Positions 1 through 12,376 of a stretch of 64,000 nt of DNA are shown here, piece after piece. Position 1 is the first letter of the stretch. Every line of letters starts with the position of its first letter. The position numbers and the translations under genes were made by a program. Origin of the DNA: Eledone cirrhosa (lineage: Eukaryota); NCBI GenBank assembly GCA_964016885.1, contig OZ024746.1, positions 38,564,001 through 38,628,000 on the forward strand, given 5' to 3'. The notes under the pieces were generated by a model, which saw only the letters and a program-made list of their open reading frames with translations, did not search any database and had not been told where the DNA came from.

Positions 1-335
1 TGTGTAGATTCTATTTTTATTTCTATGTTCTCTGTTTTACCCTTATGTTCTATTTTAGCATGTTGGTAGAGTACAGATGATTCTTTACTATTTTGAAGGT
101 CTCGCCAGTGTTCATTTATCCGTTCCCCTACACTACGAGCTGTCTCACCTATGAACACTATATTTTTGTCTCTACATTGTCCTTCAGTACAATATATAAA
201 CAGCCATCTGGTTGTGGAACAAACCAACCAACCGGAAATTTATAAATTCCTAAATTAATAAATTTATTATAATAAATTGAAGTAAAACAACTGGTGCGTG
301 TGTTTCTTATTGGCAACATGACCGTCCCAAAGTAT

Positions 336-342
<7 letters not shown>
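1..342. mobile_element. PLE family A fragment: inverted GIY-YIG segment (1-191, -) joined to the pLTR 3' end (192-342, +)
   Basis: 1-191 is the reverse complement of ~15965-16157. 192-342 matches 16513-16667 and ends in CCCAAAGTATAACAATAT followed by (TA)n. Confidence 0.9.
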
Positions 343-399
<57 letters not shown>

Positions 400-405
<6 letters not shown>

Positions 406-732
406 GTGAGGTTTTTTTTACAAAATGAAAAATAACCGAGGTGTCCTACACGAGTGAAAGTATAAAGAAAAAGAGATGAAATCGAAAATGCAACTGAAGT
501 CTTATTTTTTTTTTAAATATATATATTTATTTGGTTCCTTTACCGGTTTCGCAGTTCTTCTGCTTTTCAAAAGGTGAGTTGAGATGGAGGGTCTGTGGTT
601 TTTCCACAGACCCTCCATCTCAACTCACCTTTTGAAAAGCAGAAGAACTGCGAAACCGGTAAAGGAACCAAATAAATATATATATTTTTAAAAAAAATAA
701 GACTTCAGTTGCATTTTCGATTTCATCTCTTT

Positions 733-736
<4 letters not shown>
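400..736. mobile_element. Fold-back micro-element in a (TA)n array, with near-perfect ~133 bp arms (466-598 / 604-736)
   Basis: The arms are reverse complements around a TTTTT loop, and each contains a hammerhead-like motif. Confidence 0.85.
628..665 (+). ncRNA. Minimal type I hammerhead ribozyme, U3-A8 core variant (mirror copy 537-574, -)
   Basis: CCTT-TTGAAAA-GCAG(aagaa)CTGC-GAAA-CCGG-TA-AAGG: helices I and II pair, and helix III is the palindrome ACCGGT. Confidence 0.75.
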
Positions 737-798
<62 letters not shown>

Positions 799-840
799 TA
801 TATCATATATATATATAGAAAGAGAGAGAGAGAGAAAGAA

Positions 841-871
<31 letters not shown>

Positions 872-872
872 A

Positions 873-966
<94 letters not shown>

Positions 967-992
967 AGTGAGTGTAAAAGACAAAAGGTCAT

Positions 993-1185
993 TATTGAAA
1001 GTCTCTAGATTTCGCAAAATACATAATATTTTTTATTGGAGAACGTAAGATATTTTTCCGCAAAAATTTGATTGCACTGTTTGGTTACCACTTAGTCATT
1101 ATAAAAATTAAATGATGCCATTCTATATGTAGGTGGGCCCTCTTCATGTGGCAACCAATAATTTTAGACCTAGTCCACCACTATG
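993..1185. mobile_element. DNA-transposon (hAT-like MITE) end fragment; second copy ~2773-2990
   Basis: Two direct copies. The second ends in CCAGTCCGCCACTG, a CAGTGGCGG-type terminal repeat. Confidence 0.45.
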
Positions 1186-1230
1186 TATATATATATGTGT
1201 GTCAGTTAGATTCAAACATACAATGATTGG

Positions 1231-1271
<41 letters not shown>

Positions 1272-1379
1272 TAAACGGAATAGAAAATATTGACAAATTG
1301 TTCACAGTGAAAAATAGTTTAATTAGGAATAAGTGAGAATTAGTAATAGTATTGCTTAGTATTCAGTTTTGGTTTTAAG

Positions 1380-1415
1380 TTTTACCGGTTGCGCATTTCT
1401 AATGCTTTTCAAAAA
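1380..1415 (-). ncRNA. Degenerate U3-A8 hammerhead (GAAA changed to GCAA) in a PLE-like end
   Basis: Minus strand reads TTT-TTGAAAA-GCAT(tagaa)ATGC-GCAA-CCGG-TA-AAA. The flank is homologous to 575-598 and to 17479-17598. Confidence 0.55.
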
Positions 1416-2152
1416 TAATTTTGAGATAGAGCGTTCGTGATATTTGCTCTGATCTGATTAGTTTTGGGAATTCTACCTGTTTTTATGTTAAAAAAGTGGC
1501 TCCAGCGGTATTAAAATAAACCTCCAGCTAGGGCGATACAATAACTAAAATAAGTTATTGGGATACCTAATTGCAACAAAACATCTCGCCATTTTTTATT
1601 CATATATGCTTTCCCCTTCGCTGTGACCTGTCTTTTTTCTCTTCCCTTACTGCTATCCTCTTTCTCTCTCCTCCTTCTCTCTCCTTCTCCCTCTTACTTT
1701 CACTCACCCGCTCTGCCAGTCACCCTCTCTCGGCTAGCCTCTTCCTCGCACTTTCACTCACTCACTCTCTGCTACTTTCCCTCTCTCTCACTTCCTCCAT
1801 CGCCCCACACCGCACGCGATCCTTTTCCTCTCTCACATCCGTACAGCTAAGATGTGTCTTTACCTCCTCGTCAAAATTCGCCCGTTCTTATGTTCGAAAT
1901 GAATTATTGACTTGACTTTTTTTCATTTTTTCCCCTCTTTACGTTGCCTCACCCTCCGTGTCTGTTTACATGTCTTTCTCTTTCTCAACCCAACTCTTTT
2001 TATCCCAATAACTTATTTTCGTTATTGTATCGCCCTGGGTGGAGGTATACTGTCTTTAATGACAAGAAATACCTATGAAGGCTAGTAGACAACTGATGAA
2101 GGATATTCCTAACTTCTATTTCTAATTCTTCATTTATTATATATATATATAT

Positions 2153-2292
2153 AATTGTCTCTACTTTAGGCACAAGGCCAGCAATTACCCAGTGCATTAC
2201 TGGGTAATTGCTGGATGAGACCCCGTAAGGATGAAAGGCAAAGTCAACCTCGGCGGGATTTGAACTCAGATCGTAAAGGGATGTAACTATGC
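2153..2292 (-). mobile_element. SINE family 1 (octopus-type); other copies ~6750-7047, 9060-9176, 62030-62200 (-) and 27670-27840, 45669-45860 (+)
   Basis: Shared core GAGTTCAAATCCCGCCGAGGTTGACTTTGCCTTTCATCCTTACGGGGTCGATAAAATAAAGTACCAG with a B-box-like GTTCAAATCC. Confidence 0.8.
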
Positions 2293-2381
2293 TATAATGC
2301 CAATCATTGTATGTTTGAATCTAACTGACATGCAAACACATATATAGGAATAAGGTAAACCCAAATATCACAAGAGAGAGA

Positions 2382-2696
2382 ATTTTGAAAGTAGGTTTAT
2401 AAATATGAATTTTCATAAAATGTTCGTACTTGTCTCTGTGGCCTGGCGGTAGGTAGTAGAGACGTTGGAGTCACTGGACTTGGGTTCAATCCTGGTCAAG
2501 AGATACATGTAATCTTTTTCAGTTTTTATTTTACAACCAGTAGAAAAAAACTGAAAAGGTTATATGGGAATCCTACTCCTGACCAGGATCGAACTTCAGA
2601 CCAGGATCGGCACCATCTATGATACATCCAACTTGGCCACCGACACAACTACAATGGTTCAATGAAAATTGAAAATTATAAACCTACTTTCAAAAT
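2382..2696. mobile_element. Palindromic MITE-like element with two inverted tRNA-like heads
   Basis: 21 bp inverted ends ATTTTGAAAGTAGGTTTATAA. GTGGCC..GGTTCAATCCTGGTCA on the left is mirrored by TGACCAGGATCGAAC..GGCCAC on the right. Confidence 0.6.
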
Positions 2697-3269
2697 CAAC
2701 GTTAAAAAGATGTGGTGTCGTTCATGGCTTTCCTAGAGCTATTAGTAATATTTAGGGTCGACTTCTGGTCTTTATTGAAAGCCTCTGGATTTCGCAAAAT
2801 ACATAATATTTTATATTGGAAAAGGTAAGATATTTTTCTGCAAAAATTTGATTGCACTGTATTGTTTCCACTTATGTATTTTTTTGAAATGTTATTTATT
2901 CATTATAAAAATAAAATAATAGCATTCTATATGTAGATGGGTGCCTTTCATCTCCTGGCAACCAATATTTTTAGACCCAGTCCGCCACTGTATATGTGTG
3001 TGTGCGTGTGTGTGTATGTGTGTGTATGTGCGCGTAAGAAACAATTTAAAAACACAATGATCCAGAAGTATTGACTATATACATACAGGCAACGTTTACA
3101 ATAAAAAATGATGTATTTTTTTCTCTGGGAATATTTACTAACATTTAAAGAGATGAAAAACTATATGAATAGAAAAACTATATAAAATAAAATTCTATAT
3201 GACAACTATTGATAATAATATGTATAGGCCTGTGACGAGCATAACTTCCACATGAACAACTATATTATA

Positions 3270-3565
3270 ACCAGCAACCGCCGCAACCACCACCAAAATC
3301 ACCACTACCACCAACAACAACAACAACAACAACACCAACACCAACAACACCAACAACACCAACACCAACAACCACCACCTCCAGCAGCAGTAGCACCACC
3401 ATCATTACCACCACACACTACAACAACAACCACCACTACCACCATTATTACTACTACTACCACTACCACCACCACCACCAACTACAATAACAACAATATC
3501 AATTACAACAAGAAATATGGTCGTCTGCAACTCCACTGCCAGCAACAGCAACACTACCACCACTG
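3270..3565. repeat. (CAA/CAC/CTA)n trinucleotide low-complexity tract
   Basis: Direct reading; it explains the poly-Q/H/T ORF. Confidence 0.9.
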
Positions 3566-3996
3566 CGTCAGCCTATATTACAATGCTTCTCTCTGACCTG
3601 TGATGACTTGGCTCTTTAGAGGCGGCTTTTTCTCGCCTCGTCGTAGCTACATGTCTGCGTTGTGGGAGATTTTTAAAATTTGTTTAAGCTAACAGTTACA
3701 CCTATTGCTCCATAACCCTTAGTAGCTTATTGTTGTTGTTCCGGAGTTGCTTATTCGTGCGGTAGAAGCCAGGTTACATCGACTTGTTCTCTAGCAGAAC
3801 ATCTCTGCCGAGATGTATCTTTTAATATGAGGATACAAATGTACAACGTAGCTACCGTAATGATTGTGGTAAAAGTGTTCAGAATAAATGACAAAATACG
3901 TGAATACTCATATATTTTCAAATGCATACAAATATACATACAACATATATACACACACACTCAGGCACACACATACACGCATACACACACACACAC

Positions 3997-4054
<58 letters not shown>

Positions 4055-4058
<4 letters not shown>

Positions 4059-5079
4059 AAATATGATAATAAGGGCGCTGCGGAGTTGCAAATGGGCTAC
4101 ATATGAAAAAAGTTTGTCCTTCATCAGTGATCTTCCAACTATCATAGGCATTTCATCGCTTTAAAGACCATATACCTCCGGTTGATGCGAGCAACGGCTA
4201 AAAAAAGTCGTTGGGACACGTAAATAAAGGGGACGCGAGGGTAAACAAACAAAATGGTGAGGCAACAGAAGGTGAGGAAGAAGGAGACAAGTCCCAGATT
4301 TCTATGAATGTTCGGTGAAATCGTGAACGAGAGAATAAAGACCATCAAACCTGGTTGAAATGTGAGCAAGGAAGGAATTTCGCACAGGTCTAACGGGAGG
4401 AAGAAGGGGTCTGCGAATTCGGTAAACATAAGTTCTGTGAAATCGTAGACGAGAGAGAAAAAATTCCGACCAGCTTGGCCGAGAATGTGAGAGAAAAGAA
4501 TTACTCACAGGTCAAACGGGAAGAAAGAGGAGGAGGAGAGGTAGTGACAGAGAATGAGTGAGTGAAGGGTGAGGAAGAGGCTAACAGAGAGAGAGACTGC
4601 TAGAAAGGGTAAAGATACATAGAACGAAAAAGACGGTGTAGCAGCAGAGGAAATAATATGTGTAAATATGATAATAAGGGCGCTGCGGAGTTGCAAATGA
4701 GTTACATATGAAAAAAGTTTGTCCTTCATCAGTGATCTTCCAACTATCATAGGCATTTCATCGCTTTAAAGACCATATACCTTCGGTTGGTGCGAGCAAC
4801 GGCTAACAAAAGTCGTTGGGACACGTAAATAAAGGGGACGCGAGGGTAAACAAACAAACGATTTCACCGAACTTAAATTCATAGAAATCTGGGACTTGTC
4901 TCCTTCTTCCTCACCTTCTGTTGCCTCACCATTTTGTTTGTTTACCCTCGCGTCCCCTTTATTTACGTGTCCCAACGACTTTTTTTAGCCATTGCTCGCA
5001 CCAACCGGAGGTATATGGTCTTTAAAGCGATGAAATGCCTATGATAGTTGGAAGATCACTGATGAAGGACAAACTTTTT
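4055..5079 (-). mobile_element. Non-coding PLE-like element: partial tandem (4055-4251 / 4660-4858) plus inverted arm (4860-5079); relatives at ~1600-2140 and 24047-24605
   Basis: Direct and inverted repeats are visible. Relatives share TTTAA..GAAAT.CC.ATGA...CTGATGARGGA. Confidence 0.6.
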
Positions 5080-5094
5080 TTATATATATGTATA

Positions 5095-5145
<51 letters not shown>

Positions 5146-5318
5146 GTGTGTGTATGCGTGTATGTGTGTGCCTGAGTGTGTGTGTATATATGTTGTATGT
5201 ATATTTGTATGCATTTGAAAATATATGAGTATTCACGTATTTTGTCATTTATTCTGAATACTTTTACCACAATCATTACGGTAGCTAACTTGTACATTAT
5301 ATATATATATATATATAT

Positions 5319-5445
5319 TAAAATAACAAATTAAAGTTTAAATAAAGAATCGCTGCTTTCAACCTTAACGGAATCTTCTGGTTTTAGAAGATCCTGTTAA
5401 GGGTGAAAGCAGCGATTCTTTGCTAAACTTTAATCTGTTATTTTA
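5319..5445. mobile_element. Fold-back micro-element; both arms carry a hammerhead-like motif with A at position 4; relative at 56820-57190
   Basis: Arms 5319-5379 and 5385-5445 are inverted, and the sequence is homologous to 57123-57190. Confidence 0.75.
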
Positions 5446-5809
5446 ATAAATATTTGCTCTACGGTTTTTATATATTTTCTATATATATTATACTTATCGG
5501 GCCCTCTTCGGATTTTAGTCTTCACATATATTATTATTACTATATATATATATATAGGAATACTCATATATTTTCACATGTATAGAAATATATATAAAGA
5601 GCCAGGACATCGACGGTTGAGCTCCGGCTGTTTCGTCAGCTAGATCCGAACTAAGCCACCAGACTGTCAAGCATCCCAGCCTCACCCGCCGTGGTCCTGA
5701 ATTTGTTCATACTACCCACTCTACTATCCCAAGTATCAAATACTCTAGTGAATAATGATCTAACTGGTTTTTACTGCCTCCAATCTGATATATATATATA
5801 TATATGTGT

Positions 5810-5930
5810 GAAGGCGTGTGGCTGAGTGGTTAGAGTATTGGATTCACAATCGTGAGGTTGTGAGTTCGATTCCTGAACCAGGCGATGCGTTATGTCCTTG
5901 AGCAAGACACTTTATTTCACGTTGCTCCTT
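5810..5930 (+). mobile_element. tRNA-derived SINE family 2 head; other copies ~19700-19962, 25250-25475, 36265-36545 (-)
   Basis: A box TGGCTGAGTGG and B box GTTCGATTCC, followed by GTCCTTGAGCAAGACACTTTATTTCACGTTGCTCC. Confidence 0.8.
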
Positions 5931-6055
5931 CTACCTGGAGTTGCGACCGATAGATAGTATTAGCAATTGGAAAGACCAACGGAAACATAGTTTCCTCGGT
6001 CCGATTTGACGAAAGTCGGTCGACTAGAAAAATATATATATATAAACAGAAATAA

Positions 6056-6660
6056 CAAGGCAATGAGGCTCGGCCTCCGGATCTGCCAGCCACACCAATG
6101 TCGCTGCGGTTCCACCGTGGACTCTTTCGGCCTCCACCCGCTTTCCTATCACCACAGTGCCGGCCGCATTCCACGCCATGCTGCCCTCAAAGAGGGCATT
6201 AGGCATGGCTTGGACGCTTCAGGCCTCCCTTCCCAGCTCGAGCCGGTGGGGCTGGATTGAGGGGACGGCAAAAGGCCAGATGGCATGACCATCTTCCCAT
6301 TCCGCGGTGGCAAACCCCTCGTCTGGGATGCCACTTGCACCGACACTTTCTGCAGACGCAACCTGGTGCAGTCTGCGACTGACCCAGGTTCTGCTGCACG
6401 TCGGTCTGAGGGAGCCAAACTCCTCAAATACCGGTCGCTCTCCGACAGGTTTGCGGTCGTACCCCTGGTAGTGGAGACTTCTGGTGTCCTCGGCACCAGG
6501 GCTACCTCCCTACTCACCACCATAGGCGCTGAGCTGACAGCCGCAGGTGTGAGCCCCGCGAGTTTGAGTGGCTTTTCTAGCGCGTCGCCCTTGCCGTCCT
6601 CCGGGAAAACATCTTCTCCATTCTGTCCGCCGGGGCTGTGGGTGGGCCCCATCGCGTACC
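6056..6660 (+). pseudogene. 3' fragment of a CRE-like non-LTR retrotransposon (zinc knuckle + restriction-like endonuclease); second fragment ~26784-26880
   Basis: CRCG..H..RH..LEPVGLD*GDGKRPDG..WDATC..AARRSEGAKLLKY..VETSG. There is an in-frame TGA at 6258 and a frameshift near 6550. Confidence 0.8.
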
Positions 6661-7350
6661 GTTGTAGTTGTTGTAGAAGAAACAGGAAGACAACTGCAAT
6701 GCTATATATTATTGTTATATAAAATATTTCTATATAGCTTGCTATATAATAATTGTTTCTACTTTTGGCACAAGGCCAGCAATTACCCCAGTGCATTACT
6801 GGTACTTTATTTTATCGACCCCGTAAGGATGAAAGGCAAAGTTAACCTCGGTGGGATTTGAACTCAGACCGCAAAGGGCTGCAATTCTAAGCTGCAATTC
6901 TAAGCTGCACAGCCTAATGTCCGACTCTCTACCGATACTACCAATCTACCACAGCTTGCCATATAATAATTGTTTCTACTATAGGTACAAGGCCAGCTAT
7001 TTCCCCAGTGCATTACTGGTACTTTATTTTATCGACCCCGTAAGGGATATAATAATGACCAACAACAGGCATTAATTGTACCAACCACACGCACGTTGAG
7101 GCTATAGACGTATTGACTAGTTTCAGTAAAGATGACAATTCATTAAAAAATAATAGATTTAACATCTTCAGAAAATTTAAGCAAATTAATAATTAATAGT
7201 GCTTTTGAATAGTTTATAAGCAACAAGTATAGAAAAATGATGACCTCATCAAATAAAAGAAATTATTTTAAAAAAATAAACAGGAAACATTTCATCGGTA
7301 CAGTATATGGAAATGATATATTAGGTTAACGTTTGAAATAGCAAGAAGAT

Positions 7351-7742
<392 letters not shown>

Positions 7743-7959
7743 TTATATTGTTCTGGTATCTCGAATTAGTACCATTGAACCACAAATATTATAAACAACT
7801 TGCATATTTCTACAAGTACATAGTACCTGTTGAAGTATTCATCCACTTTTATATATATATATATATATATAATACACACAGAGACAGACAAACAGAAGAC
7901 AGAAACAGACACACACATACATATATATATGTATGTGTGTATGAAAATGTGTGTGTGTG

Positions 7960-8125
7960 TTTGCCCGAATGCCTTGGCTAATGAGTTCGCTGTCCAATCA
8001 ATAGGTTCTGTGTTCGATCCCCCTGCGTGACATCTTAAGCAGATGAGATTTGCCATAGGCTCGGGTCAGTAGATGATTCAACTGAAACTAGGTAGGTGTA
8101 AACTGTTTGAAAGCCAGCCGAATGG
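7960..8125 (+). mobile_element. Degenerate tRNA-derived SINE
   Basis: TGGCTAA..GTTCGATCCC box arrangement followed by a CORE-like body. Confidence 0.45.
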
Positions 8126-8548
8126 ACTATGATCAGCAACCTTATCACTCAGTTTTACCTTTCATATGACAAAGCCTTCTATAAATAAAGCAATATTTAA
8201 TCGTAAATAAACGTTAAATGATATTTTCTTATGGAAATCACTGCTATTCCTGTTTCCCACGAAGCTCACACACTCTATCTGACTGTACCCCTCTCTCTCT
8301 CTCTATCTCCCTCTCTCTTTCTTTCTCTTAAAAAACAAGTATTGACAAGAACCGATTCTACTCTTCAATTAACAATCTTGTGCACACTTTCACCAGATTA
8401 GCTCTTCACCTTTAATCTTACTTATCTCTCTCACATACACTCACACATAAACACACATACAATCGCAGGTACACACACAAATATATATGTGTTTATAATG
8501 TATATATAGTAAGACATAGATAGATAGATAGATAGATAGATAACTTTC

Positions 8549-8598
<50 letters not shown>

Positions 8599-8699
8599 CA
8601 CGACTCTCATAAATTTTTTTTTATCAATATCACTTTTCAATTGAATTAGAAAACGTACGCGCACGCACGCACACGCACGCACACGCACGCACGCGCACG

Positions 8700-8777
<78 letters not shown>

Positions 8778-9182
8778 TTCTCCCAGTCTATTACTTCCAC
8801 ATATTATTCCTCCCTGAATTAGTTTACCACTCTAACCAACCATATTCCACCTACGCCATCGCTCCTCACACCTCCAACCACACCTCACCACTTAAATGCA
8901 CACACATTCACACTCACCTTCTCCACCCCACCCTCTCACCTTTTTACTGTCACGATATCCGGAGGTGGTTACATCAGTAAAGTCTCAAAATTATAAATTA
9001 CACAAACAGTATTACTAAATAAATAGATAAATATATAAATATATATATATAAATAAATAACTGTTTCTACTTTTGGCACAAGGCCAGCAAATTCACCAGT
9101 ACATTACTGGTACTTTATTTTATCGACCCCGTAAGGATGAAAGGCAAAGTGAACCTCGGCGAGAGTTGAACTCAGTCGCTCT

Positions 9183-9546
<364 letters not shown>

Positions 9547-9686
9547 TCGTGTTGTTATCGCTACAACGTCGTCACTGTCACCAACACGTCAAAATATCTA
9601 TAATCGTAAGTCTTGACATTTTCTAAGTCTAAAAAAAAGTATTTTCAGAAAGGCATTGTGCATCCAATTATTACAACACATACACA

Positions 9687-9784
<98 letters not shown>

Positions 9785-10079
9785 ACACACACACACCCAC
9801 ACATGTATATATATATATATAAATATATATATTTCGACATTCTTGCTTTGAAGAAGTAACATGACGCCGAGTGCTTGAAATGAATCGAGTCTATGCCTAC
9901 CGTATGTGTATATGTGTGTGTGTGTGTGTATGTCTGTGTGTGTCTGTGTGTGTATGTGTGTGTTTAGTGTGTGTGTGTGTGATAAACAAGAAATTAAAAA
10001 CAATAGCGCACACTCACACAAACTCACATGAACTCCTTTTTCTGGTTTTTTTTTTCTGTTCTAAACTCTGAAATATTGT

Positions 10080-10119
10080 ACGCTCCTGATGAAGGACTAA
10101 TGACCGATACGTCGAACGT
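10080..10119 (+). ncRNA. Degenerate minimal hammerhead (GAAA changed to GATA)
   Basis: ACGCTC-CTGATGA-AGG(actaatga)CC-GATA-CG-TC-GAACGT; similar to 37801-37836. Confidence 0.5.
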
Positions 10120-10205
10120 TTTCCTTTCTTTTATCCAAAGCGAGAACCTAATAAGACTAATTACTTTTCTATCTATCTCTGTGTTTGTCATATTTTATTA
10201 TACAC

Positions 10206-10287
<82 letters not shown>

Positions 10288-12337
10288 ACATATATATATA
10301 TATATTATATATATATATATATATATAACGAAGGAAATGTGGTAAGGAACCAGATGGACCATAACGCACCAAAGTACTCAATAATTAGGGTAGTAGAGTG
10401 GGTAATAGGAACAAGTATGACCCCGACGGCAGAGCTCAATCCGTTTCCGCGGCTAATTCTGGACTAAATAAGAATGTTTAGCCTGGTAAATAAATAGCCG
10501 AACTTCTCAGGGGGTAATTCCTTATATGGGAAGATAGTAATTGTCAAAAGGATTGGTCAAAAATTTGTTGTAAAGACAGATGATTCTATCATGGCATTTG
10601 GTGGGAGGTAGGGGTAGCTGAACTTACCGGTAGAACAAAGAGGGAGTGGGGGAAACCCAGTCAAGCGTTGAAAGTGAAATCTATACAGCAGATTCTAAGG
10701 ATTGTGTATAGAAGGTTGAGAAAGGTGTACTGGAGAAGGGGAGTGGGGGTGGGGGTGAAAGAATAGGTAAATCGAAAGGGAGTAAACAACGAAACCATTA
10801 TAAAAATAAGGAAATAAATATATAAAAAAACAATTTCTGGTTACTACCCCCCTTCCACAATCACCAAATCTCTCATTGGTACTGCTAAGCTATAGAAAAG
10901 TTTAATAGGTGGAGAAAAATACTAAATAGGAGATTGTAGTGAAAGAATGTTATAAAGCCGGCTTTACGGGGGGTCTAACACCACTGCTATAGTTAGTTAG
11001 TAATCAGCTAATGCTATCTTACAATGACAGGTTAAAATCAAAAATACTAAATTACTACTACAAAAATACTAATACGAAATCTTAATTCAGAATACTAATA
11101 CAGAAATACTAATACAAGGATACTAATACAAAAATACCACTAAGAAATTTAGAAATCACAGAAATGGAGCAGCAACCAGAAATAAAACAATTTATTGGGT
11201 CTAACACATCTGCTGTAAAAAGCGTAATCGGCCAATTCTATCTTAAAATTAGGGGGGTGGAGCTACTGAGGCTACAGAGGACCAAAGGGCTGCATCGGGG
11301 TAGGCGAAAAGGTGAAAAAAAAGACAAATACATTCTTTGGTGATTTGGCTTGGAGGCTGCATCAACGGCAGCAGTAGGCTCGTGTTTCTTTTGAATATTT
11401 GCAACTGATGGCTACTGGATAAAAAGAAGCAGAGAAGGGATATGTTCTAGATGTTAAGATTTTTGCGAGGCCTGTCGCGGGAGGGATGGACAACGAAACA
11501 AGGAGACGATTGAATGAGCATGCCAGAGTGGAGTACCACGAGAACAGCTATGAGCCACTGTAATATTGATAACAAAAACAGAGAGAGGGGAGCACTTATT
11601 TGTGAACTAGAGTTTGGCATGTTTTGATGTGTGACTTTATGCAACGTCGAATACGTTGGTGAATGAGTTAACGTAAGATCTAATTTCTATTATTTGTCCT
11701 AATACGTGCTGACACGCCTGCTGTTTAACCCCAAACATCCCTGACTTACAAACACTTTTATCAGATAAATGACCAGGTACTGGTACTCAGAGTGGTTTGT
11801 TTAACATGTGTTTGTGTGTATTCGTGTGAGTTATCTAATCTTCAGCTGCAGTTGAGTGTGCGAGCGTGCGTGTTTCATTATATTAGCGCATGTTTCTCGA
11901 ATGTTCAGTAGTGTCTACACTTGATCAACGATATAAGTGTGGGGAAGTGTACGCCCACTTGCGTATTTAAATTGATGTCAATCTATCTACCACCACTTGT
12001 TTTTTTAGTTCTATTTCAAGAAGTGAAAGGCGTCATCGATCTGACCTTTCAGGTCTAGTAATAGAGCACTATAAAGAAAGCATTTATCTTAGTCAAGTGC
12101 AGCTGTTGGCCTACATACATATACGCAATGAAACAGACACAGACGCACACATACATATCTATATATATACAGACTTACACATAGATAGATTGAGAAAAAA
12201 ATAAATAGATAGATAATTAGATAGACAGATAGACAGATATATATGTATATATCCATCCACGAATAACACACGCATGTATAAACACAGAGGCATACACACA
12301 TATATGCACAAACAACACATATAGACACACACGCACA

Positions 12338-12370
<33 letters not shown>

Positions 12371-12376
<6 letters not shown>

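Noticed and set aside
7111-7175. Minus-strand CTGAAGA..GAAA-CTAG-TC hammerhead-like motif
   Set aside because: Core and palindrome are present but helices I and II pair poorly, so it was not counted.
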